From assembly GCA_904063045.1 (NCBI GenBank), contig CAJFCJ010000012.1, positions 1,426,001 through 1,490,000 of the forward strand: a stretch of DNA of 64,000 nucleotides, in the 5' to 3' direction. This DNA is from Dimorphilus gyrociliatus. Lineage: Eukaryota; Animalia; Annelida. Positions within the stretch are counted from its first letter, which is position 1. Each line of letters begins with the position of its first letter. A program made the position numbers and the translations under genes. This document shows positions 25,088-36,790 of the stretch, piece after piece. The notes beneath the pieces are model-generated. The model saw only the letters and a program-made list of their open reading frames with translations, made no database searches and was not told where the DNA came from.

Positions 25088-26715
25088 ATGATTCCAAATA
25101 TACATCCAGTATTACAAACCTGTCTGGGTACAGCCTTCACATGGGGATTAACAGCTGTTGGGGCAGCTCTTGTATTTGTTTTCTCGGGAGGACAGGTATT
25201 TTCATCTATTTTCGCCCAAATATGCTACGTTCTCACGTTCGATATTTTTCTTAGAGGCGAGTTCTAGATGGAAGTCTAGGATTTGCAGCAGGCGTAAGTT
25301 GTGGAGGATGAATAAAAATCTTGACTTACTTATATCTAAGATTATTTAGGTGATGACAGCAGCATCTTTTTGGTCCCTTTTGGCTCCTGCTATTGAACTT
25401 GCCGAAAAATCAGGTCTCTATGGAGAAAATGGGGAATATTCGTTTATTCCAGTAGCTATTGGCTTCGGCCTGGGTGCTTTATTTGTTTACGGAGCAGATA
25501 TATTCTTGCCTTTCTTGGTTAATATATACATTAGTATATAAATATAATTAAATTAGCTCTCTATTTTCAAATATTGAAATGAATGAATTCTATCGTTTGC
25601 TTCAAAAATTCTTCTAAAAGATTTAAAAATTTATATGAGTGAACGTTTTTAATTGTAGGGAATAAACGATCCTACCTTGAGTTTAGCTGTAGCAACTTCT
25701 GATAAAGTCAAAGATGATGCAGATGCTGCAACGTTTTCTATAATTACCAAAGATGATAAGGCAGGTACATCAGGTAAATATAAATTATGGGCTTGATTAA
25801 ATATATTTAATCGGAAATTTATCAAGTCCATGCTTCTTTTTAACAGATAATTTAACAAGACGACATCAAACAAGCGGTGAATACGATTCAACATCAGAGA
25901 GGGCTTATACAGGAGACATACCAACCTCATCACAAATCAATTGGAAAAGAATTATGCTACTAATTATTGCTATAACAATTCATAATATTCCAGGTACACA
26001 GTAATTAATGAAAAAATTATGAACGATTAAAATGAGTTTCATAACCTTTCTTTAGAGGGACTAGCAGTAGGTGTAGGTTTTGGAGCCGTAGGTAAGACTT
26101 CATCAGCAACTTTTGAAAATGCAAGGTATATACACTTGTTGAAATAAATATTCTATATTGTTCTGCCCACTTTATATGTAATTTTTATATTTTACATTTA
26201 TAGAAATTTAGCAATTGGTATCGGAATACAAAATTTTCCAGAGGGTTTAGCAGTTAGTTTACCCTTAAAGGGCTCTGGAATGTCAACGTGGAAATGCTTC
26301 TTGTAAGTAAAATTCTATTATATGTTGTTGCTTGGTTTGGTTCTTTTTTTCAAAAATTACGTTTTTAGTTATGGGCAACTAAGTGGTATGGTAGAACCCA
26401 TTGCGGGCATATTAGGTGCTTTGGCTGTCGTCTTAGCGGAGCCAATATTACCGTATGCATTGGCATTTGCAGCTGGTGCTATGATATATGTTGTCGTTGA
26501 TGATATTATTCCAGAAGCTCAGTTATGGTAAGCTTTAGTAAGACAACACAAAGATTCTTGAAACAAATTTCAAGATTTGGCCTTCAAATTCTTGACTAAA
26601 CTTAATCTTTTAATTTGAAAATTTTTTTCTTTATAGTGGTAATGGAAAATTAGCTTCCTGGACAACAATTATCGGATTTATTGTTATGATGATTTTAGAC
26701 GTTGGTCTTGGTTAA
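25088..26715 (+). CDS. SLC39A11: ZIP11 (GufA subfamily) zinc transporter, about 9 exons
   Basis: Contains [87 protein letters not shown] and MMILDVGLG*. Confidence 0.95.
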
Positions 26716-27130
26716 AAAATTTTGCTAGTACTAAACAATTATTGAATTACAAGTATGTTTTTTTGGGATGTTTATATGTAAAGGAAGAATGATTAATTGG
26801 GAATTAGGTGATATGAACATTAGTAAAAAGATATATTGAAATTAATAATTTTTAATAATCAATTTAATTCTTTTCTGTTGAAGACTTGTTTGCGATTTAT
26901 TGATATTTTCTGATAGGAAATGTAGTTTTTATATCAACGTGTTGTGTTTTTTCTTATTTGTTATGAAATTTTTCTTTTTCTTTCAAAGATTTAAGGACCA
27001 AACATGATCATAAATACAAATGTTAAATAAAAATCTTACAGACTGGGTTTATTATTCGAGCTTAAACAGAAAAGAGAAAATACATATTCTAAAATAACCT
27101 AATTAGAAATGTTGTTATTTTTCTCGCTTT

Positions 27131-30100
27131 TTAATTCTTCACTTCTCCCATTGTTGGTGGTCTATTGATTGATAACGTAATATAATATTAGTATAATTAA
27201 AGTGTTCGTGCTTAAAGGATTTTTATGAAATATATAAGTATACCGTCGATGAGGCGATATTGGAACAATGTCCTCAGGTAGATCTTCTTCGTTGTCAGAC
27301 ATAACTTGATTTTCTGAATAGTACGTAAATAAATTGAGATACACATCATTAGTGAAACAAATGAAGTTATCTATTTTTTATGTATGAACCTAACTTTTAC
27401 AACAAACTGCTTTAGTATTATTATTTAAAAATAATAGCAATAATAATAAAAATAAAAATTAATTAAGTGAAATATCTACCGTCTAATCTGGAAAATATTC
27501 CTGTTTGCCTTCCGCTTTGAGCGGAAACTGTATAGCTAATAAGATCTTGAGAAATTTTCTTCTCCTCAGATCGAGAAACTGGAGGCTGAAAATTATGGCA
27601 ACATTTGAACAACTAATAGTTGTGTAAATAAGGCATCTTACTAATTTTCTTTGACGGTTAGGTCCCATAGATTTAGTTCCCATAATTCCGTCAGGCGTGT
27701 CAACCTTTAAGATTATTTACATGTCAATAATGTAGGGTACTGTATAAGATATTTATTGTTTTTCATTTTCTACTTACCGCGTAACTAATTGATGCTTGGT
27801 GTAAATTTGCAGCTTGCTTTTGAAGATTTTGTCGTAGATAACTTTCATCTTTGAGAGCATGCATACTAAAGAATAAATTAGAGTATAATTAATTATGACT
27901 AGTTAATACAGCTTTATTAGGAACAAAATAATTATTAAAACTCCTCTTTCTTTGATAGGTTTGAACTTAATTGAGGATAAATGCTAAAAAGCAGAAAAAT
28001 TACCTTTGCTTCATTATAGCAAATTTCTTTTCCCATGATTTTTGCATCTTATCCATTTCTCTTTTCAACCTATTTACTTCTGCTTTGAGACGATCTTGCA
28101 TCATTCTCTCATGTTCCATACTTCCAGCATCTTTAGCAGCCAATCTGGATTTTTGTTTCTCCTGATTTAACATTTGTTGCAGTTTAGTAATTTCGCTTGT
28201 TAATTGATCATTTTTCAAACGAGCTTCTTTCAAATCAGAGTCTTTGGTGTTTGATAGAGATAAATTTTTAGATTCTCTTATAGCATCAGCAGTTTCTTGC
28301 TGTGCCTTTTTCAATTTTTCTTCATATTGCGCGATTATTTCCTTTCTAATTTCTTCCTTTTCTTTTTCCAACTATGGATAGAAAGTGGAAGGCGTAAAAA
28401 TAGATATGAAACTAATTACAGGCTATTTCATAGGGATAAGAGATCGCTTACCTTCGATACAGCCATCTTATGATCACCTGCCATTGAATCCTGCAGAAGC
28501 TCCTTTTCAGAGTTTAACTAGATATTTTTTAATTTTGGTTTACAAAGAAGAGTTTCTTAGAAATTTTATGTAAAATAGAAAAATAGATTTTACATACCTG
28601 ATGTATAGTAGCCTTATTCTGTGTTAACTCTACTTTCAGCTTTTCTATTTCCCCCTCTTCCAGGAAAAGTAATAATATATAAGAGGTTTTATAAAGTATA
28701 TGATATGTTAAAACATTATTACTTAGAGCTCTATTCGAATCTTGTTCGGCTTTAATATTAGCTAAATGTCTTTCGTTTAGACTTCTTTCATGAGTCAAAC
28801 TCTCTTTTAAACCCTGAACTTCAGCTTGAGCCGCTATTAGTTCTTGATTCTAGTTAATTAATAATTTAATGATTAAGAGACTACTTAGAAAAATGTGTAA
28901 AAAGAGAAAATGGATACATGGAGAGAAAGAGAGGAAAAAACAACTCTTTTAGCTAGAAAAAAAACATTAGATAAAAAGGATAGTTAAAAAAATCATGCAA
29001 AAACAAAAAGCGGCATTCTTAGGTTCAAAAATTTTGTTCAAGTGTCTTAAAAATTTAGCCAAAATTGTAAAATCTTTCTTTACATTATTCTATTTTTGGT
29101 TAAAAACAAATGTAGGTAAGACACTCTTATGAAATTGTTAGCACTCTGTGAACCTCTTCCGATTCCACTGTAAACTCGGATTCATCATCCATAGGATATT
29201 CCAGACGAATTTTCAACTTTATAATATATTAATCATTGTAACAAAAACAAAATTCACTTCAAATCGTGCTTTTCTTTATATATTTTAAGGTTATTATAAA
29301 AATTAAAAGATGTATATAATTGGATATGAGGATTTGAAATAATCGAATTCTCTAATGATTATTAACAAAAATCTCGAATGATTTTTAATATACGGGTATC
29401 TTTAAGAATTACATAATATATAATCCACATATATATACAGTATATACATATATATAAAAATATTATTTCCGTATATTTTGAATATCATTCTCCAGGTAAA
29501 AATATGTCATTAAAACTCTCTTGGTTGGAATTAGAATGCAAAAACATTCGTGCAGGTGCATTCATTTTAAAAACAAAAAAAACAAATAGAAAACTTGTAC
29601 TAAAGGCCCATTATAGGGTAAGCCATTTAGTAAGGCGTACCACTGGAGTTGGTTCACGAAATGCAGATGTCCTATCCGGTTCGGTTGAAGGTGTTATGGA
29701 AACAAGTTTCGGTACGCTGAGTAGCGCCTTTACATATAGTTATTAAAGAATTTTGTTTATAATTTTGTCACCATCACCAAGATATGTTATTTTATTTAAT
29801 GAATTATTATTCCTATTACGTAATTACCCTATTAATCTATTCATAAATACACAGTATATATACATATATATTTAGTATCAAAACCATTGAAAGTATGAAA
29901 AAATTGAAAAAGCTAAGTATAAGTAAGTAGTAGTAATAATAATAAGTAATTGTAATTTACTAATAGCTTATATTTTGTTTACTGGTAATAAACAAAATTG
30001 AAACAAAAAGATCCGAAAAAAAAGAAAAATTATGAAGGTTTATATTTTTGTTTTGTTTGTTTGTTTATATACCGTAAATGATATTGTATGCTTGACTCTT

Positions 30101-33100
30101 TTCTCCGTTGCAGCACTTGCATTTCTTATTGAAATCTTTTTGTTTACACACATATATACAAGTATACACAGTATATATATAGAAATATATAGAAATTTCT
30201 TTTGCTGTTACTATATAATATTATTATTTCTATAATAATATTTTTAATGAATAATTAATTACTGTATAAAAATTAATTTAATAATTCTTTATATATCAAG
30301 TAAATAGATAAATAGTTAATAAAATTTTTTATTAATTGCTTACCTCGTCTCTTTCTCTTTGTAATTTTTCGCATTGAAGTTGTAACATTTCCATGCTAGT
30401 TTCGTTTCTCTATTTAAAGTGAATTAAATGCAATAATAGACATTCTATTGACATTTCATTCTTTATTCTCTTTCTCACTTACCTGTATCACATCTTTTAA
30501 TTCTTTTATTTTATCTTCTAAATTTCCAACTCCTTTACTTAGTTTTTCCTTTTCTTTTCTCATTTTTTCCCTTATTCTCACCTATGATAAATTATCATTC
30601 ATTTCGTGATTATTAACTATAAATTCTATTTTTTATATACAGCATATAATTTGCCTATTCGAGCTAGAGCATCTGCTAATTGTTGCTGGTAAGCTCTCCG
30701 AATCGTTTGAACTCTGTCTTCGTGTTCTCTTTTCATGTGTGCTAGTCGATCGTTTATTCTTGTATATCTAGTTAAAAAAGTTAAATATTAGTAATTTGCT
30801 ATAATTATCATGTAATAAATTATAAAATATGACAGCATTAGATATTTTAAATTAATAATTGAATATTTTTCCTTCTTGTTATCATTCTATGGATGAATAA
30901 TAAAAATAAAAACAGTAAAAACAGTCCATTATTAAACAATCAACAATCGAATAGATCGAACAGTAGAATAGATAGTATAGACAATCATCATAAAGTAACA
31001 ATAATATATTATTGTATACATCTTTAATTAAATTAATTAAAAGTTTGAATTCAGCTTGAGGATATAGCTTTCTTAAATTCTACTATTAAGAAAGAAGATG
31101 TTGAAAGGCAATTAAATTTTAATAAAGATAGTAAGTTAATAGTTACATTAGAAAATATCCTGTAGATGGCATATTTTATTTCGTTTCTCAACTTTCTCTC
31201 TCTCTCTCTATTTTCCCCTCTCATCTACTTACTTAGTCACTCACTCGTTCGCTTACTCACTCATTCATTTTCATTCTTCCTTTTGCATTATATTTTTTTA
31301 CAACAGGTCATATGTAAAAGTATCATTTAAGAACCAGCAGTAAAATCAAATAATGCGAAAATGATTTATTAAGAGTACTATAGATTTATAGATAAGGCAT
31401 ATAAATAAAAACTATGAGAATTTATATATATATATACAGTATATATATAAGAATCTGTCTGTACATTTTAAACTTGAATAGATTATTATCATTTTTATTG
31501 ATATATTAAAATTACACATTTCACGCTATAAAAGTAAAAAAAGAATTGATATTATGAACTTTTTATTGGTAGAAAAGCTTTTTCAGTTAAAAGTCTTTTT
31601 TTTTTAACTTTTTACTTGAATGATAATGTTCAAATATATTAACTTCGAAGCAAGTTATAGCAAAGCATTTATTCTATTCTATATAAACAGAACCAGTTAT
31701 AATATATAGAAAAGATCTACACAATTCCAAGTATCTAAAAGTAAACGCTCTGCTACAGCCGTCCAAAGCATCGGAATTCGATCGCGTAGCTTTTGGCCTA
31801 ACTATTAATCCTTCAGGCGACCTGAAAAACTGGAGATTGGCGGAAGATAAGGCGTTGAGTGCTCTTAAATACGACTCCTTAGTGAATAGAACAGCGGCTG
31901 CAATCGAACTATTGGACGCTATAACAGTTCAGGGATGTGATTCAGAAAGGTTTTTCTTCTTGTTTAAAACTCTATCCTTTTAATAGTTAATTATGACAGC
32001 AATGTTGATTATTACTAATATGTATTTCTTTATATCAAAGCAATCTTTGTTTTTTTTTTCAATTCTTCGTTCTCCCCTCCTTTCCTATCCTTTCCTCTTC
32101 CTTTCAGTGAAATGTTCAATAGGAATTGTAAAAATAAGGAATGATTGTAAATTTTATAAATATCGTTATTGTTTATTAGAAATTACAACTAAATATAATA
32201 TCTTCTTTCTGCGTATGGGAAGAAAAATTAATTGGCTTCCTGAATCACATCCTAGGAGAACGAAAAACGTAGACAAATAATTGATAACCTCCAAAGAAAG
32301 TTGACAATTGTTGCTAGAAGTCGACGAATCAAGCATATGAAAAATAGGACTACAGGGTATACGAATAATTCAAAATTTAATTCAGTAATGGCAACCCTTT
32401 GGGCTAAAAGACGAGAGCGAAATATAGAAAATATTCTACTAAATACTCCTACTGTACCTAATTATGCTAATAATTTAGAAATATTCAGATCTTCTATCGA
32501 CTATGGTAGACCTAAATCAGCGAATTTCCTTCTTACAAAAAAGCAGCAATATAAAAAATATTCTAGACCTAATAGTGGCTTTTGTTCAACTAAAAATAAG
32601 TACACGTCAATCAGCGAAACTAGGAGTAAACCAAAGGAAAAGCCAACTAATATAACGAATAATAAGAGTAGCGAAATGAGAATTATAAAGTAATAATAAG
32701 AATCATTTAGAGCCTAAAAAATTTTACTTTCAATGATAAAAGTATGCTATATTCATATGTTTAATACACGGTATAAATATATATAGACAGTATATATTTA
32801 AACACGTAAATTATTTAACTACTAAGTGGTGATAAGTTCTTAAAGAACTATTCTTTTTATTACTTTAAATCAAAGTAACAAACTTTCTATAGACTTCAAT
32901 GACAAACGAACAGCTATAAAGGATACAATATCTATTTGTTCATTTTCAATTATCTCTCCCAAATCGAGTGTCAATGCAGAGCAAATATTAAATAGTAAAT
33001 CATTGAAATTGAATAAATCTTCAAATTCTTTGAATCAATCAACTACATCGACGAAACATAATGGAAAGCACTTTAAAAATACTATATTAAATCTGGATAA

Positions 33101-35527
33101 TTCTAAGACGACTATTAAGAAGAAAAAGTCATTAACAAAAACCAAGAAAAATACAGTTTCACCTGATCATATAGAACCAATTGAAAAAAAGATTGTAGAC
33201 CATTCAAATTTCACTCAAACTTATAAAGATAAACTTGTTAACAACGATATTGATGATGATAATGATAATGGCCATGATAATGTTGAAAATAACTCTAAAT
33301 TATTGTTTAATGATAAACAGTTTATCTATGACAATTTAAAAGTAAAAGGTGACACAGCTGTTGAATTTTTCGAGTTGAAAGAAGACAACAAGGATATTGC
33401 CAAAAATTATTTACTGAGCAAAATTCCCAATCAAAAGGAGTGTGATGAAAAGGAATATGAGAAAGAAGGGGAAAACAAAGAAGAATATGAAGAGGAATTT
33501 ACTCAATCTACAAATGATCCATGGGTTTATCGGATTGAGGAATCGGATGAAACCTGCAGTTCAGATCTATCTGACCTAAATTCTGTCCAAGTTAATAGGG
33601 ATATTGATAATTTGCAGAGTTTTTTAAAAGATGAAGGAGAAATGGTTAGAACTTCGAGTGAAAATATTCACGAAAGTTTAACTGATAGAAAAGAATTGCT
33701 TAAAAGAGAAAAAGTAATTACTGATGAGAAATCAGTTGGCTTTAATTTACAAACTGGAATAACTCAATATACAAAAGAATCGAGCGAAATATTGAATAAT
33801 CTAGAGGCAAACGATAACATAAGCGAATTTTCAAGGAAATCGTCTAGAAATCGTTCTAGCCGAGCTTCATTTCCGAAAAGGAAAAGCTCTGATTCTGGAT
33901 TTTTAGCTTATAAGGTAAATCGTCAGATAGAAATTTTTCCTTATCATTTATATTAAAAAGTACAAAATTTATAATACATTAGGAACTCATGGGTAAAGAT
34001 TTCAAAGTAATTGAAAAGTTAAGGTGGCACGATCTTTCAACTTATTCCCTATCAATGCAGTCATCAAGATTTGAGTTACCCATAGATATACAAAATTTAG
34101 AGGGTTTAAAACCTTTGGAATATCTTCTGGAGTTTACAATTATTAGCGAAAGGAGAAGTGTCATTTACTCTAAAATCTTTTTCAAATATAGATCTGGTTT
34201 ATTTGGTGGTATTACACCGAAGGTTTGTGAAACTCTTATTACTTTTATCATACATTTGTATAACCTATTCTCTTCTATTGTAAAACAAAAAGGATATTAA
34301 TAAAGCAGTGTCGGATGTTTTTGTATCAGTTATAAATGTAGAAGAGCTAATGGGATTAAAGGAGATAACTTTAGCTGGTGAAAGCTATATGAATCAAAGA
34401 ACTTTTGGGGTATTTTGCGCTTTTGCGGAGAGATTACTTTTCATAAAAAGAGCGTAAGTAAAAAGGAAATTATAATGATTCTGCTTTCCTATCAATTCAC
34501 TTCTAATTTTCTTTTTTATGTTTACTTTAAATTCGTTCCTATCCTAGCTTATCTGGTATAAAATACTTTGGTTATCCTCAAAGGCCTCACTTAGAGCAAG
34601 CTGATTTTTACAACTTTAAGAAAACTGTTGAAATAATTAAAATTGATGAAAATCTTCAATATCTTTTTGACATTCTCAATAATCCAAACAACGTTCCAGT
34701 AGAATTGCTATCCACTACCGAAAAATTGATAAACTATACTGGCGAAGGGAAGTTAACGGGTTTGACCTCTTTAACAAATAATAGCAGACCGATTCCACTC
34801 ATATGGAAAAGGAACCAATGATTAACATAGAATAGTAGATAGTCAACGTTTTTTTAATATTTTTCATAAGGTTTATAAATTTGAATTGAGAGATTTAAAT
34901 TGGAAGATTTTAATAAAGTTTGCTTTTTTCCTTTATCTCTATCTATATTGTGTTCAACTATCTGTATCTTTTAAATGTAAGAAAGTCTATTCTACAGTTT
35001 AAATTCAATTATAAAATTAAAGAAAAAAGTATAAATACTTACAAATCTATAGATTTTGCTGTTAATTTATCACCGAATTCTGCTCTTAAAGCTTGTTTTG
35101 CAAAGTATACGTCCTTTTTCATTTCCCCAACGTCCTTCAATTCGAAAAAGAATGTTTAAGAATTGTTCTTTTGCAATTAAAGTTATTTTCTTTGTTATTC
35201 TACTTTTCCCTTACCTCTACGAGACCTTCTACTGTATCCATAGTATCGTATAGATCTAAAATTTCCGAAACATCCGTTTGACAAACTTTATCTTGGCGAA
35301 AAAAACCAATTTTTTGATCATCTGCCAATGTAGGCCTAAGCATTTACGATAAAATTTTACTTTTAATAAGAAAATTTTCAGGTAATTGTAAATTTAATCT
35401 ACCGTATTGCATAACTAGCTTGTTTATTGTTATCCTCGAGAAATTTTCTCTTAAAATTATCATCCTCTTCGTCCGTTTCGCTAAAAAATCCGTCAGATTG
35501 AGGGGTATCCTCTTGAACGGCCGCCAT
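27131..35527 (-). CDS. C10orf67-like coiled-coil protein (DUF4709/DUF4724 type), 15 or more exons; 4275-nt intron 3 at 30768-35042
   Basis: ATG 35527 MAAVQEDTPQ; exon 2 RPTLADDQKIGFFRQDKVCQTDVSEIL; exons 3-4 join as KSIDL|YTRINDRLAHMKREHEDRVQTIRRAYQQQLADALARI; C-terminal WEKKFAIMKQSMHALKDESYLRQ. Family assignment is from memory of C10orf67 motifs, and some middle exons are approximate. Confidence 0.72.
30893..34821 (+). CDS. Uncharacterised protein of about 800-850 aa, nested antisense in intron 3 of the C10orf67-like gene
   Basis: Phase-compatible exons 30893-30994, 31055-31130, 31691-31949 and 32297-about 32690, then about 32893-33914, 33983-about 34230, about 34293-34435 and about 34547-34821 (TGA). 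The exon 4/5 junction is unresolved. Confidence 0.7.
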
Positions 35528-36790
35528 CTTTGTTTATTAGCAACAGAGATATATACCATTAGGCCTACTACTGTCCCATTGGTGATTTTGTAGAATAAAG
35601 TTATTTAGTAGAAAATTTCGAAAGAAAAAAAAAATCGGATCAAATGGAGCTATGTAATTAATTAGTAAGAGAAAAAAGAGAGATTGCCTTAACAATGGAG
35701 CGAATACTTGTTGATTGATAAAAAGATCTAGGAATCTTCATCTCTAATTGATGATAAATAGAAATTTTTTGTCTATCTATTTCGCAAAGTAATGACATAT
35801 ATTAATTAATATATATAAAAAAGATATATATGGTTTGAAGAACACAGAGAAATTGCAATCTTTTAAGTAGAATGACCCGTCCTCTCCGTAGTACTTTCCG
35901 TTTTTAGACACTAAAACAAGGATTATAATTTATAAAATTTAATTTTAGTATATTAGATAAAGGATAATTAGATTTTCTAATATTAGAAAAATGATAAGGA
36001 AAAGGTCTGGATATTTGACATTCAACTATATTATCAGTTTAATGAGTTAACAACTTTAACTTACAAAAGTCTTATTAATAAGACACTTGGGCTTGTATAT
36101 TACATTTCCAGTCATAATAATGTTAGATAGTTATTAAAGTACTTTATTAGTCAGGAGAGGACTTTAGTAAACAATTGTGGCAGAAGAAGCGATAACGTTG
36201 AACGATTTGAACATTTTTTGAAAATTTTGTTTATGCTTGTAAATTCGTCATTTAAAATTTCATTTAACTCTTTTTTTTTGTGTGTTGATATATTTTAGTA
36301 AATAAAATACAATCATATTTATCATAGATACATAATTGTATATATTTTTGCGAAGAATACACGAAATAAAACCAATATATATGTGGCAATTTATAAAAAA
36401 AAAACATATAGTTCTGCTCCTTTCGGCTAAACTTTTTTTTTAAATTTATTCGTATGAAAGTATCATATCAACACAAAAACTTCCATGTAGATACACAAAA
36501 CGGATAAAAATTACACACGCATAAAATCAAAGTCACTACGTCGCATATACATGAAGTGAACTTAAACAGACAACCAATTAGGCCTATAAAGTATAACTTA
36601 AGAAGTACATATGGTGTTCAATCCGTATCTGCAGTTACTTCAATGCGTCTGTAAATAACAAAATAATAATTATGGTTCATAACCAGCATTGTTCAAAATT
36701 ATATTGCGTATTAAATTAGCGTTTATGAGTTTAGAAAGCAGACGTACAGATACAAGACGTTGATCATGCAACAGAATCAACTTGTTTTCG

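Noticed and set aside
31933-32252. 13-bp inverted repeat GGATGTGATTCAG / CTGAATCACATCC flanking an intron of the nested gene
   Set aside because: About one such match within a few hundred bp is expected by chance in 64 kb; there are no terminal-repeat or target-site-duplication features.
32918-34297. Perfect U12-type donor motifs on the minus strand (GTATCCTTT at 32918-32926, ATATCCTTTT at 34288-34297)
   Set aside because: Both fall at or in plus-strand coding exons of the nested gene, have no matching U12 branch point or acceptor that I could find, and about two such motifs are expected by chance.
35532-35544. RFX X-box-like GTTTATTAGCAAC just upstream of the C10orf67-like ATG
   Set aside because: Only one good half-site; too weak without evidence that the gene is ciliary.
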